From positions 2,550-66,549 of the forward strand of contig JAFGHI010000042.1 of assembly GCA_016930235.1 (NCBI GenBank): a DNA stretch of 64,000 nt. The letters are read 5' to 3'. Source of the stretch: Candidatus Omnitrophota bacterium (GTDB lineage: Bacteria; Omnitrophota; Omnitrophia; Omnitrophales; Aquincolibacteriaceae). The notes below the pieces were generated by a model. That model saw only the letters and a program-made list of their open reading frames with translations, ran no database searches and was not told where the DNA came from. Below are positions 19,140 to 29,530 of this stretch, piece after piece. The stretch's first letter is position 1. Every line of letters starts with the position of its first letter. A program made the translations under genes and the position numbers.

Positions 19140-19394
19140 ATGGAAAGGCGAATCGGATTTGTCGGGATCTTAGTTGAAAGCAGGAAAAAGACGGCGGCCA
19201 TGATCAATCAGATTTTATCGGATTTTGCGGAAATTATTGTCGCCCGGGTCGGGGTTCCTTATAAGGAAAGAAATGTTTCCGTGATTACCCTGATTGTGGA
19301 TGCGACGAGTGATGAGATCGGAGCCCTGACCGGGAAATTGGGATCATTAGACGGGGTTTCGGTCAAGTCGGCGTTTGCGAAAAACGGCGGTTAG
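19140..19394 (+). CDS. TM1266-family iron-only hydrogenase system regulator (ACT-like)
   Basis: RIGFVGILVE...IVARVGVPY...IGALTGKLGSLDGVSVK, in hyd context. Confidence 0.85.
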   Translation: MERRIGFVGILVESRKKTAAMINQILSDFAEIIVARVGVPYKERNVSVITLIVDATSDEIGALTGKLGSLDGVSVKSAFAKNGG

Positions 19395-19429
19395 TCCGGA
19401 CTATTCATTATTTTTAAAGGAGAAATGGG

Positions 19430-20698
19430 ATGTTGAAAACACCAAAATCGCTAAGGCTGCATCTTGGACTTTTCGGGCGGACCAATGTCGGGAAGTCCAG
19501 TTTCCTCAATATGGTGGCGGGGCAGGATGTGTCGATCACATCGCCCATGCCGGGAACGACAACGGACGTTGTTGAGAAGCCTATGGAACTACTCCCGATC
19601 GGACCGGTTGTTTTTTTGGATACCGGAGGGATTGATGATACGTCCGTTTTGGCAAGAAGACGGATTGATCGGACACAGAAGGTTTTTGATCGGTCCGACA
19701 TTATTATTCTAATCACGGAACCTGAACGCTGGTCCGATTTTGAAGAACGAATTGTTCATGAGGCCGCTCAGCGAAAGATTCCCTTTTTGGTGGCAGTGAA
19801 TAAAACCGATATCCGGGAACCGTCCGAGGGATTTATTCAGAAGATCAAAGCCAAGACAAAGTATCTCGTTTTTTGTTCAAGCTTAAACATAGGTAAGCGG
19901 GATGATTATGTTAATACCCTTAAAAGCCATCTCCTCGAAATCTGTCCTGACGATTTCATCAAACCGCCTCCTTTAATTGGAGATTTGCTGCCGCCGAAAA
20001 GCCTGGTGATCCTTATTGTGCCTATTGATCTGGAGGCCCCTAAAGGAAGATTGATCCTGCCGCAGGTCCAAACCATTCGGGACATTTTGGATCATCACGG
20101 AGGTTCTTTGACGGTCAAGGAAAGTGAATACGCCCAAATGCTGACAAGGCTAAAAACTCCGCCGGACCTTGTGGTTTGTGATTCACAGGTGGTAGACAGA
20201 ATGGTTCGAGAGACGCCTGAAGGGATTTGCTGCACCACGTTTTCGATTCTCTTTTCAAGATTGAAGGGGGATCTCGATCAAATGCTCAAGGGGGTCCGGG
20301 CTGTCGGAAAGTTGAAACCCAAAGATAAAGTCTTGATTGCTGAAGCCTGCAGCCATCATCCTCTGGAAGACGATATTGGGAGGATTAAAATCCCAAAGTG
20401 GCTTACAAGTTACGTAGGCGGAGATATTCAGTTTGATGTTTGTTCGGGCCGGGATTTCCCCGGCAACTTAAAAGAATACAAACTGATTATTCATTGTGGG
20501 GCCTGCATGTTCACGCGCCGAGAAATGCTTTCGCGAATTCAGAAAGCACAGGAAGCGGGGGTCCCGATCACCAATTACGGGATTTGTATTTCCTACCTGC
20601 AAGGCGTCTTGGAGAGGGTGCTTATTCCTTTTCCCGGCGCTTTGGAAACCTTTCAGCAAGGAAAGACCGATCGATTGGCGAGGAACGTTCTATGTTAA
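19430..20698 (+). CDS. hydF: [FeFe]-hydrogenase maturation GTPase HydF
   Basis: GRTNVGKSS, GTTTD, DTGG, APKGRLILPQ, CSHH...HCGAC. Confidence 0.96.
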   Translation: MLKTPKSLRLHLGLFGRTNVGKSSFLNMVAGQDVSITSPMPGTTTDVVEKPMELLPIGPVVFLDTGGIDDTSVLARRRIDRTQKVFDRSDIIILITEPERWSDFEERIVHEAAQRKIPFLVAVNKTDIREPSEGFIQKIKAKTKYLVFCSSLNIGKRDDYVNTLKSHLLEICPDDFIKPPPLIGDLLPPKSLVILIVPIDLEAPKGRLILPQVQTIRDILDHHGGSLTVKESEYAQMLTRLKTPPDLVVCDSQVVDRMVRETPEGICCTTFSILFSRLKGDLDQMLKGVRAVGKLKPKDKVLIAEACSHHPLEDDIGRIKIPKWLTSYVGGDIQFDVCSGRDFPGNLKEYKLIIHCGACMFTRREMLSRIQKAQEAGVPITNYGICISYLQGVLERVLIPFPGALETFQQGKTDRLARNVLC

Positions 20699-22185
20699 CG
20701 GAACCAGACCAGAGAAACGATTTTCAAAGCCGCATTCGGGAGGAGGAGATAGAAAAATATCTCGTCGACGGAAAGGATTTTATTCCCGAAGGGGAGATTG
20801 AGGAAAAGTTGGCAACTCACCGACATCCTGATTCCCAACATGTCCGGGATATCCTCGCGAAATCTTTATCCATTAAGACATTGGATCCCGATGAAACAGC
20901 AACCCTTCTTCATGTTTCAGATCCCGAGCTTCTTACCGAAATGCAGGAAACCGCGTTGAAAGTTAAAAAGAAAGTTTATGACAACCGGATTGTAACCTTT
21001 GCGCCTCTTTATCTTGGGAATTATTGTGTCAACAATTGTCTCTATTGCGGGTTCCGGCGGGATAACCGGGGTGCAAAACGTCATGTCCTGAGTCTTGATG
21101 AAATCCGCGAAGAAGTGAGAACCCTTGCCGGGGAAATCGGCCATAAACGTTTGATTGTCGTGTATGGCGAACATCCGCTGACAAATATCGATTACATGAC
21201 AAAGAGTATCCGCACTATTTATGAAGTGCGTGAAAAAACCAGAGGTGGCGTTGGTTGTATCCGGCGTGTCAATGTTAATGCGCCGCCGCTTAACGTGGAT
21301 GAGCTTAAACGACTTGCGGCGGTCGGGATCGGAACCTACCAGGTTTTTCAGGAGACCTATCACAAGAAAACTTATGATTATGTTCATCCCCAGGGGACTT
21401 ATAAGAATCATTACCGGTGGCGGCTCTATTGCATGCACCGCGCTCAAGAAGCGGGGATTGATGATGTCGGGATCGGCGCCCTTTTTGGCCTTTACGATTG
21501 GAGATTTGAAGTCATGGGGCTTCTTTATCATGCATGGGAATTGGAAAATCGTTTTGGGATAGGTCCTCATACCGTGTCTTTCCCACGGTTGGAACCGGCT
21601 TTTCATGCACCTTATATTCAGGATTCGCCTTATCGAGTTTCGGATGAAGATTTTAAGAAATTGATGGTCGTGATCAGGCTCTCGATTCCTTATACAGGGA
21701 TGATCATCACGGCCCGGGAGAATGCCGCGATGCGTCGGGAAGCCATTTCGCTGGGGATTACGCAAACAGATGCCTCATCCAGGATCGGGATTGGTTCCTA
21801 CAGCCATCCCGAAAGCGCCCAGCAGGAAGATAATCAGCAGTTTATCCTGGGAGATACCCGAAGCCTTGACGAGGTGATTCGGGAATATGCCCAGATGGGC
21901 TATATCAGTTCTTTCTGTACGGCCGGATATCGCTGCGGAAGAACCGGGAAATGCATCATGGATCTTCTTCGCAGCGGGCAGGAAGGGAAATTTTGCAAAT
22001 TGAATGCCGTCTTGACCTTTCGGGAATGGCTGGATGATTTCGCGGGAGAAGAAACAAAATTGGCAGGGGAAAAGATCCTTTGCGGGGAGATTGAAGAAAT
22101 CCGACGACAGATGCCAAAGGTCTTCCCGCGATTTGAGGAGTATTACGAAAGGGTCCGGAAAGGGGAACGCGATCTCTATTTTTAA
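20692..22185 (+). CDS. hydG: [FeFe]-hydrogenase radical SAM maturase HydG
   Basis: FAPLYLGNYCVNNCLYCG, FQETYH, GPHTVSFPRL and the C-terminal auxiliary-cluster cysteines (CTAGYRC...C); start taken at ATG 20692. Confidence 0.95.
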   Translation: MLTEPDQRNDFQSRIREEEIEKYLVDGKDFIPEGEIEEKLATHRHPDSQHVRDILAKSLSIKTLDPDETATLLHVSDPELLTEMQETALKVKKKVYDNRIVTFAPLYLGNYCVNNCLYCGFRRDNRGAKRHVLSLDEIREEVRTLAGEIGHKRLIVVYGEHPLTNIDYMTKSIRTIYEVREKTRGGVGCIRRVNVNAPPLNVDELKRLAAVGIGTYQVFQETYHKKTYDYVHPQGTYKNHYRWRLYCMHRAQEAGIDDVGIGALFGLYDWRFEVMGLLYHAWELENRFGIGPHTVSFPRLEPAFHAPYIQDSPYRVSDEDFKKLMVVIRLSIPYTGMIITARENAAMRREAISLGITQTDASSRIGIGSYSHPESAQQEDNQQFILGDTRSLDEVIREYAQMGYISSFCTAGYRCGRTGKCIMDLLRSGQEGKFCKLNAVLTFREWLDDFAGEETKLAGEKILCGEIEEIRRQMPKVFPRFEEYYERVRKGERDLYF

Positions 22186-22204
22186 TTAAAATAGGGATGA
22201 GGTC

Positions 22205-23215
22205 TTGTTTATGGAGAAATCCGAAATCATCGAGATCTTGAGGTCTGGAGATGTTCAATCTTTGAGCCGTCAAGCCAATCTTATTAGGGAAACTGCTTGC
22301 GGTCGGAAAGTTTATTTTCGGGGGCTCATTGAGTTTTCAAATTATTGTGTCCGGGATTGCCTTTATTGCGGTCTTCGCAGGAGTAATCGGAAGCTTAAGC
22401 GGTACCGCCTGACGGTTGAGGAGATCATGGCTTGTTGCAGAGCCATTGCCGAATCAGGGATCAAAACCGTTGTCCTCCAATCGGGAGATGACTTCGGTTA
22501 TCAACAGGCCCAGTTGATCGACCTCATTAATCAGATTAAAACCGCCTATCCGGATATGGCCATAACGCTCTCTTTAGGAGAGAGAGATCGGGAAGATTAT
22601 CGGCTGTTCAGAGAGGCGGGAGCTGACCGGTATCTCTTAAAGCATGAGACAATACAACACTCCCTTTACCAGGAGTTTCATCCGGGGCAATCTTTAAGAT
22701 ATCGCTTGCGTATCCTCTTCTATTTAAAAGAGTTAGGATATCAGGTCGGGACTGGGATTATCGTAGGTTTGCCTTCTCAGACATTAGAAGATCTAGCTGA
22801 GGATCTTCTATTCCTTCAAGGCTTTAAACCTGATATGATAGGCATCGGTCCTTTTATCCCCCAGAAGGATACCCCTCTTGGAAGGAACCCGAGTCCCTCC
22901 CTGGAGTTGGTCTTAAAATGTTTAGGATTGATCAGAATTTTGACAAGAGATGCCCATCTCCCTGCAACGACAGCAGTGGCAACGCTCGGAGGCTTGGAAG
23001 CACAACGCAAAGCTTGTGAAGCAGGATGTAACGTCATTATGATCAATTTTACCCCGCCTAGCCACCATCAAGATTATAGGGTTTACGATGATAAGTTCAG
23101 GGTGGATCTGAGAAGCGCCATGGAGGTTGTTTCTGCTGCGGGAATGATCCCATCCCTGGAGCGCGGCGATTCATTGCAATTAAAGGAGATGGACTCAGCA
23201 AAGGGGAATATTTAA
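22205..23215 (+). CDS. hydE: [FeFe]-hydrogenase radical SAM maturase HydE
   Basis: RGLIEFSNYCVRDCLYCGLR, GADRYLLKHET, GIGPFIP, PATTA. Confidence 0.93.
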   Translation: MFMEKSEIIEILRSGDVQSLSRQANLIRETACGRKVYFRGLIEFSNYCVRDCLYCGLRRSNRKLKRYRLTVEEIMACCRAIAESGIKTVVLQSGDDFGYQQAQLIDLINQIKTAYPDMAITLSLGERDREDYRLFREAGADRYLLKHETIQHSLYQEFHPGQSLRYRLRILFYLKELGYQVGTGIIVGLPSQTLEDLAEDLLFLQGFKPDMIGIGPFIPQKDTPLGRNPSPSLELVLKCLGLIRILTRDAHLPATTAVATLGGLEAQRKACEAGCNVIMINFTPPSHHQDYRVYDDKFRVDLRSAMEVVSAAGMIPSLERGDSLQLKEMDSAKGNI

Positions 23216-23239
23216 AATTGCTGTCTGAGAAAACAAGGG

Positions 23240-25615
23240 ATGAAGTCAACGGAGCGAGATAAATTGGACAGTCAGTTACAAGGTAAAGAAAGATTAAGAA
23301 TCAAGGTTGCCGGAGTCATCCAGGGGGTTGGCTTTCGTCCGTTTATTCATCGTCTTGCACAGGAACTTCATTTGACCGGATGGGTCTGTAATACGGTTGA
23401 GGGAGTTGTTATTGAAGTCGAAGCGGACACTGCAACGTTACGGTCGTTTCTTGAGAAAGTTCATTCAGAAAAACCGCCTCATGCCCATATTCAGAGCCTT
23501 GAATCAACCTACCTGGATCCTTGCGGTTACTCCAATTTTGAGATTCGGGAAAGTCATGAAGCGGGTGAGAAAACGGCCGCTATCCTTCCGGACATTGCCA
23601 CTTGCCCGGACTGTTTAGCCGAAATATCGGATCCCCAAAACCGGCGGTATCGATATCCTTTTACAAATTGCACTTATTGCGGACCGCGTTATACCATTAT
23701 GGAAGTACTGCCCTATGATCGGTCCAAGACGTCCATGAGACATTTTCAAATGTGCTCTGACTGTCAAGCCGAATACGAGAACCCCGAAGACCGGCGTTTT
23801 CACGCTCAGCCCAATGCTTGCCCCCAATGCGGTCCGCGCTTGGAGTGGTGGGATACCCAAGGGAACGCTTCCGCGGTGCGTGAAGAAGCGCTCCAAAAAG
23901 CCTGCGAAGCCCTTCGTGAAGGCAAAATCGTTGCGGTCAAGGGACTGGGCGGTTTTCATTTGATGGTCGATGCACGCAACGAAGAATCGATCAACCGATT
24001 GAGGGACCGGAAAGGGCGCGAAGAGAAACCTTTTGCGGTCATGTTTCCGGATTCAGAGAGTGTTAAAAACGAATGCCAAGTAAGCCCTGAAGAAGAATGG
24101 ATCTTGAAATCTCCGGAAGCCCCGATTGTTTTACTCCGCAAACTCGGGGAAAATTCATCCCTGGCTCCATCGATAGCCCCTCATAATCCTTATTTGGGTG
24201 TTTTGCTTCCTTATACACCTCTTCACCATTTAATCATGAAAGAGCTTGGTTTTCCCCTCATTGCCACAAGCGGCAATCTTTCGGATGAAACAATTTGCAT
24301 TGATGAAAGGGAAGCGGTGGAAAGGCTGGCTGGGATTACGGACGGTTACCTTGTCCATGACCGTATTATTATCCGGCATGTGGATGATTCGATTGTCCGC
24401 ATGATGGGCGGACGAGAGATGGTGCTTCGCCGGGCCCGCGGTTTTGCTCCGATGCCGGTCTTTCTGAAGAAAAATGGATGCTCCGTTTTAGCGGTCGGGG
24501 CTCATTTAAAGAATACAGTCGCAATTTGCCGCGCTGGGCAAGCGATTGTGAGCCAGCATATCGGGGACCTTGAGACAACTCAAAGTTATGATGCCTTCCT
24601 CAATGTCGTCTCGAGTTTTAAATGGCTTTATGGCTTCTCTCCGGAAGTAGTTGCCTGTGACCTTCATCCTGATTTTCTTTCAAGCCGTTTTGCCAAGTTA
24701 TCCGGGTTTCCCGTTATTCCTGTTCAGCATCATGTGGCGCATGTCCTTTCCTGTATGGCGGAAAACGAGATTGAAGGTCCTGTCTTGGGAATCTCATGGG
24801 ATGGGACGGGATATGGCCCCGATCAAACGATCTGGGGAGGGGAATTCATATTGGTTGACGGGAATTCTTACCGCAGGGTAGCTCATTTCAGGCCCTTCTC
24901 GCTTCCGGGCAATGAAAAGGGAGTGAAAGAACCGAGAAGGTCGGCCCTTGGTTTGCTTTATGAGATCTTTGGCGAGCAGCTTTTTTCTAAAAAGGGGATT
25001 ATTCCTTTAATGACTTTCTCCAAGCGAGAACTTAAGTTGATTCAGGATATGTTAAAGAAGAAGCTGAATTCCCCACAGACCACCAGTGCGGGCAGACTTT
25101 TTGACGCGGTGGCTTCCCTTTTGGGGCTATGTCATCTCAATCGTTATGAAGGGCAAGCGCCGATGATGCTGGAGTTTGCTGCCGAGGCCGAAAAAACGGA
25201 GGAAAGTTACCCGTGTCCCGTTGTCGGGATACCTCAAGGGAAGGCGGAGAAGCCCAAAAAAAGAAAGAAAAAGAAAGAGGATGACTTTCAAGAAGCCGAG
25301 TTCCTGGTCGATTGGGAACCCATGATTTGGGAAATAATCAAAGACGTGCGTTCGGGTCTTTCTCACGGTATAATATCCGCCAAATTTCATCATAGTCTGG
25401 CCGAAGCAATCGTTACCCTGGCGGAACGTGTGGCACGCGAGAAAGTGGTTCTCACCGGAGGCTGCTTCCAGAATAGGTTCTTGACCGAACGGGTCATTGA
25501 GCGGCTTCGAAATAAGGGGTTTCGCCCCTATTGGCATCAACGCATCCCTCCCAATGATGGCGGTATTGCTCTTGGGCAGTTAGTGGCTGTTTTAGGAAAG
25601 GGAGGGCGTGTTTGA
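23240..25615 (+). CDS. hypF: Carbamoyltransferase HypF
   Basis: Acylphosphatase domain (QGVGFRPF), Zn fingers, KGLGGFHL, HHVAH, PPNDGGIALGQ. Confidence 0.96.
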   Translation: MKSTERDKLDSQLQGKERLRIKVAGVIQGVGFRPFIHRLAQELHLTGWVCNTVEGVVIEVEADTATLRSFLEKVHSEKPPHAHIQSLESTYLDPCGYSNFEIRESHEAGEKTAAILPDIATCPDCLAEISDPQNRRYRYPFTNCTYCGPRYTIMEVLPYDRSKTSMRHFQMCSDCQAEYENPEDRRFHAQPNACPQCGPRLEWWDTQGNASAVREEALQKACEALREGKIVAVKGLGGFHLMVDARNEESINRLRDRKGREEKPFAVMFPDSESVKNECQVSPEEEWILKSPEAPIVLLRKLGENSSLAPSIAPHNPYLGVLLPYTPLHHLIMKELGFPLIATSGNLSDETICIDEREAVERLAGITDGYLVHDRIIIRHVDDSIVRMMGGREMVLRRARGFAPMPVFLKKNGCSVLAVGAHLKNTVAICRAGQAIVSQHIGDLETTQSYDAFLNVVSSFKWLYGFSPEVVACDLHPDFLSSRFAKLSGFPVIPVQHHVAHVLSCMAENEIEGPVLGISWDGTGYGPDQTIWGGEFILVDGNSYRRVAHFRPFSLPGNEKGVKEPRRSALGLLYEIFGEQLFSKKGIIPLMTFSKRELKLIQDMLKKKLNSPQTTSAGRLFDAVASLLGLCHLNRYEGQAPMMLEFAAEAEKTEESYPCPVVGIPQGKAEKPKKRKKKKEDDFQEAEFLVDWEPMIWEIIKDVRSGLSHGIISAKFHHSLAEAIVTLAERVAREKVVLTGGCFQNRFLTERVIERLRNKGFRPYWHQRIPPNDGGIALGQLVAVLGKGGRV

Positions 25616-25616
25616 G

Positions 25617-25886
25617 ATGTGTTTGGCCGTGCCGGGTAAGATTATAAGCATTACAAATGAAGGGACTCTTGAACGGAAGGGAAAAGTCAGTTTCGGGGGT
25701 GTGATGCGGGATGTCAATCTTGCTTACGTGCCCGAGGCCCAAATCGGAAATTATGTCGTTGTTCATGTTGGAGTTGCCATTAACATATTAGATGAAAGTG
25801 AGGCTATGAAAGTGTTTGATTATCTTAAAGAAATAAACGAACTCAATGAACTTGAAAACAAGGAAGGGGGCGAGAGCCATGAGTAA
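25617..25886 (+). CDS. hypC: Hydrogenase chaperone HypC
   Basis: MCLAVPG (start at 25617 places the conserved Cys at position 2); VVVHVG. Confidence 0.95.
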   Translation: MCLAVPGKIISITNEGTLERKGKVSFGGVMRDVNLAYVPEAQIGNYVVVHVGVAINILDESEAMKVFDYLKEINELNELENKEGGESHE

Positions 25887-28800
25887 GAATTGTATTACGA
25901 TGGATGGAAATGAAGCAGTGGCTCATGTTGCCTACCGGATTAACGAGGTGATTGCGATTTATCCGATTACACCCTCCTCAGCCATGGGGGAATGGGCCGA
26001 TGCCTGGATGTCGGAAGGCAAACCCAATGTGTGGGGAACGATCCCTTCAGTGGTCGAGATGCAAAGCGAAGGCGGTGCTGCGGGTGCGATTCACGGTTCT
26101 TTGCAGACAGGCGCTTTATCGACGACGTTTACGGCTTCGCAAGGTCTTCTTCTGATGATTCCGAACATGTTTAAGATTGCAGGGGAACTGACGGCCGGTG
26201 TTATCCACGTTGCGGCGCGTTCGATTGCAGCTCAGGCCCTTTCTATTTTTGGGGACCACAGCGATGTAATGGCGGCCCGCAGTACCGGCTTTGCCATGCT
26301 TTGCTCGGGGTCTGTCCAGGAAGCCATGGATTTCGCCCTTATTTCTCAAGCGGCTTCGCTTGAGGCTAAAATCCCCTTTGTGCACTTTTTTGAAGGTTTC
26401 CGTACTTCCCACGAGGTCCAGAAGATCGAGTTACTCTCTGATGATGATATCCGCTCGATGATGGACGACAACCTGGTTTCAGAACACCGCGCACGTGCCT
26501 TGTCGCCGGATCATCCGGTTTTAAGGGGAACCGCTCAAAATCCCGATGTCTACTTTCAAGGCCGGGAGACGGTCAATCCGTATTACCAGAAGGCGCCTGG
26601 GATTGTCCAAAAGGTGATGGATAAGTTTGCCAAACTGACAGGCCGTCAGTACCGTTTGTTTGAGTATTTTGGTGCACCGGATGCAAAACAGGTGGTCGTC
26701 ATTATGGGTTCGGGCAATGAACCTGTCCATGCAACAGTGGATGCTATGCATGAGGCGGGGGACAAAGTAGGTGTCTTAAAACTTCGGCTTTACCGGCCCT
26801 TTGATATTCAAGCCTTTGTCAGTGCGTTGCCTAAAACCGTTGAAGCGATCGCTGTTCTCGACAGGTGCAAAGAACCCGGAAGTATGGGGGAGCCTCTTTA
26901 TTTGGATTGTGTCTCGGCGTTAAACGAAGCCGTCGAGAATGGGACCGCGCCTTTTTCTAAAATGCCGAAGATCGTTGGTGGGCGATACGGACTATCATCC
27001 AAGGAATTTACGCCGGCGATGGCCAAAGGTGTTTTTGATAATCTCAAATCCGGGAAACCCAAGAATCACTTTACGATCGGGATTCAGGACGATGTTTCCG
27101 GGACAAGCCTTCCTTATGACCCTGAATTTTCGACTGAACAAAAAGATGCGTTCCGGGCCCTTTTCTACGGTCTCGGGTCGGACGGGACGGTCGGCGCCAA
27201 CAAGAATACGATCAAAATTATTGGTGAAAACACTTCCAATTATGCCCAGGGGTATTTCGTTTATGACTCCAAAAAATCCGGAGCGGTGACGGTTTCTCAT
27301 CTGCGTTTTGGCCCCAAAGAAATCAAAGCACCTTATCTTATTACGAAGGCAAACTTTGTGGGTTGCCACCAGTATATTTTTATTGAAAAGTTTGATGACA
27401 TGCTGGACCGGCTTGTCCCGGGCGGAACGTTTCTTCTGAATTCACCTTATGATTCTGAAAAAACATGGGATGAGCTTCCCAGGGTCTTCCAGGAGAAGAT
27501 GATTCAGAAAAAGATAAAATTTTTCGTGATTGATGCTGTGAAAGTCGCTAAAGATTCGGGGCTTGGCCAGCGCATTAATACCGTGATGCAGGTATGCTTC
27601 TTCGGTATTTCCGGTGTCCTCCCGCGCGAAGAAGCTATCAACGCGATCAAGAAGTCCATCCAGAAAACTTACGGGAAAAAGGGAAATGAGATTGTGCAGA
27701 TGAATTTGAAAGCGGTTGACATGTCTCTGGAACATCTTCATGAGGTTAAGGTTTCGGCGAAAGCAACAAGCCAGAAAGAAATGCCAGCCTTGGTTTCTAG
27801 CACAGCGCCTGATTTTGTCCGTGATGTTTTAGGAAAAATTGTTGCCTGCCACGGCGATGAGCTTCCGGTCAGTGCGATGCCGGCGGACGGAACCTATCCC
27901 ACAGGGACCGCCTGCTGGGTGAAGCAGAATCTCGCTCTTGAAATCCCGGTTTGGGATCCGGAGGTTTGTATCCAATGCGGAAAATGCGCGATGGTGTGTC
28001 CGCATGCGGTGATCCGGATTAAGGCCTATGATCCGAAGTGTTTGGAGAAGGCGCCCAAGACGTTTAAGTCCAAGGAAATGAAGGATCCGACGTTGAAGGG
28101 ATTAAGCTATACGATTCAGGTTTCACCGGAAGACTGCACGGGTTGTGCCTTGTGTGTGGATGTTTGTCCTGCGAAGAATAAATCGCAGACGCGCTTAAAG
28201 GCCATCAATATGGAACCCCAGCCGCCTTTGAGGGAACAAGAGAAAGAAAACTGGGAGTTTTTTCTTTCCTTACCGGAAATTGACCGGAAGATCCTTAAAC
28301 TCAATATGGTGCGTCACCAGCAGCTTCAGCAGCCGCTGTTTGAATTTTCCGGGGCCTGTGCGGGCTGCGGGGAAACACCCTATGTGAAGTTGGCGAGCCA
28401 GCTTTTCGGCGACCGGATGATTGTTGCGAACGCAACGGGTTGCTCGTCCATTTACGGGGGCAATTTGCCGACGACGCCGTGGACGAAGAACAAGGAAGGG
28501 CGCGGTCCGGCATGGTCCAATTCGCTTTTTGAGGACAATGCGGAATTCGGTTTGGGTTTCCGGTTGGCCGTTGACAAACAGAAAGAGTTTGCCTTGGAAC
28601 TTTTAAAGAAGATAGCGTCCGAGGTCGGAACGGACCTGGCCGACGGAATCCTCAAGGCGGCACAAAAAACAGAGGCTGAGATTTTTGAGCAGCGGGAACG
28701 TGTGGAAGCCTTGAAAAAGAAATTGAATGGTTTGAGTTCTCAGGATGCCAAACGCCTGCTTGCGGTTGCCGACATGCTCGTTAAGAAAAGTGTGTGGATT

Positions 28801-29493
28801 ATGGGCGGTGACGGATGGGCCTACGACATTGGATTCGGAGGCCTGGATCATGTCCTTTCGATGGGGCGTGATGTCAACCTTCTTGTCTTGGATACGGAGG
28901 TTTATTCCAATACCGGCGGGCAGATGTCGAAATCGACACCGCGCGGGGCTGTTGCTAAATTTGCGGCGGGCGGCAAGCCGGCGGCGAAAAAGGATCTGGG
29001 GATCATTGCGATGACCTATGGCAATGTGTATGTGGCGAAAGTGGCCATGGGAGCGCGTGATGAGCATACGATCCGGGCATTTCTTGAGGCCGAGGCTTAT
29101 GAAGGCCCGTCTCTTATTATTGCCTACAGCCATTGCATTGCTCATGGGATCCGAATGTCAACGGCCATGCAAAATCAGAAGGTCGCCGTTGAAACGGGAC
29201 AGTGGCCGCTTTACCGTTTTCATCCGGACAAGGCCCGCGAAGGTCAGAATCCTTTTCAGTTGGATTCCCGCGCTCCGCAGGCGGCCGTCGATAAATTTCT
29301 GATGATGGAGAACCGGTTTAAAATGTTGACGAAGAGCCGTCCTGAAGAGGCCAAGGGGCTTTTTAAACTTGCTCAAAAGGATGTCAATACGCGTTGGAAG
29401 CTTTACGAATATTTAGCCGCCCGGCAGCCGGAAGGCGCAACGGGGGCTAAGGAAGAGAAACCAACTTTACAAAATTCAGGGAAATCATCCTAA
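25879..29493 (+). CDS. nifJ: Pyruvate:ferredoxin (flavodoxin) oxidoreductase
   Basis: DGNEA, YPITPSS, EMQSEGGAAG, 2x[4Fe-4S], FSGACAGCGET, GGDGWAYDIG; start taken at ATG 25879. Confidence 0.96.
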   Translation: MSKNCITMDGNEAVAHVAYRINEVIAIYPITPSSAMGEWADAWMSEGKPNVWGTIPSVVEMQSEGGAAGAIHGSLQTGALSTTFTASQGLLLMIPNMFKIAGELTAGVIHVAARSIAAQALSIFGDHSDVMAARSTGFAMLCSGSVQEAMDFALISQAASLEAKIPFVHFFEGFRTSHEVQKIELLSDDDIRSMMDDNLVSEHRARALSPDHPVLRGTAQNPDVYFQGRETVNPYYQKAPGIVQKVMDKFAKLTGRQYRLFEYFGAPDAKQVVVIMGSGNEPVHATVDAMHEAGDKVGVLKLRLYRPFDIQAFVSALPKTVEAIAVLDRCKEPGSMGEPLYLDCVSALNEAVENGTAPFSKMPKIVGGRYGLSSKEFTPAMAKGVFDNLKSGKPKNHFTIGIQDDVSGTSLPYDPEFSTEQKDAFRALFYGLGSDGTVGANKNTIKIIGENTSNYAQGYFVYDSKKSGAVTVSHLRFGPKEIKAPYLITKANFVGCHQYIFIEKFDDMLDRLVPGGTFLLNSPYDSEKTWDELPRVFQEKMIQKKIKFFVIDAVKVAKDSGLGQRINTVMQVCFFGISGVLPREEAINAIKKSIQKTYGKKGNEIVQMNLKAVDMSLEHLHEVKVSAKATSQKEMPALVSSTAPDFVRDVLGKIVACHGDELPVSAMPADGTYPTGTACWVKQNLALEIPVWDPEVCIQCGKCAMVCPHAVIRIKAYDPKCLEKAPKTFKSKEMKDPTLKGLSYTIQVSPEDCTGCALCVDVCPAKNKSQTRLKAINMEPQPPLREQEKENWEFFLSLPEIDRKILKLNMVRHQQLQQPLFEFSGACAGCGETPYVKLASQLFGDRMIVANATGCSSIYGGNLPTTPWTKNKEGRGPAWSNSLFEDNAEFGLGFRLAVDKQKEFALELLKKIASEVGTDLADGILKAAQKTEAEIFEQRERVEALKKKLNGLSSQDAKRLLAVADMLVKKSVWIMGGDGWAYDIGFGGLDHVLSMGRDVNLLVLDTEVYSNTGGQMSKSTPRGAVAKFAAGGKPAAKKDLGIIAMTYGNVYVAKVAMGARDEHTIRAFLEAEAYEGPSLIIAYSHCIAHGIRMSTAMQNQKVAVETGQWPLYRFHPDKAREGQNPFQLDSRAPQAAVDKFLMMENRFKMLTKSRPEEAKGLFKLAQKDVNTRWKLYEYLAARQPEGATGAKEEKPTLQNSGKSS

Positions 29494-29530
29494 ATCGTGC
29501 AGCGCAGGTTGAGCCAGGAGGAGTAAAACA

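Noticed and set aside
20440-20691. Long N-terminal extension of HydG
   Set aside because: It overlaps hydF by about 250 nt; ATG 20692 gives a normal-length HydG.
20917-21765. Long antisense ORFs (also 56180-56893, 50904-51512, 10426-10977)
   Set aside because: They lie opposite well-conserved genes and show no recognisable motifs.
25230-25290. Lys-rich insert in HypF (KPKKRKKKKEDD)
   Set aside because: A short low-complexity loop; the frame is intact and there is no evidence of function.
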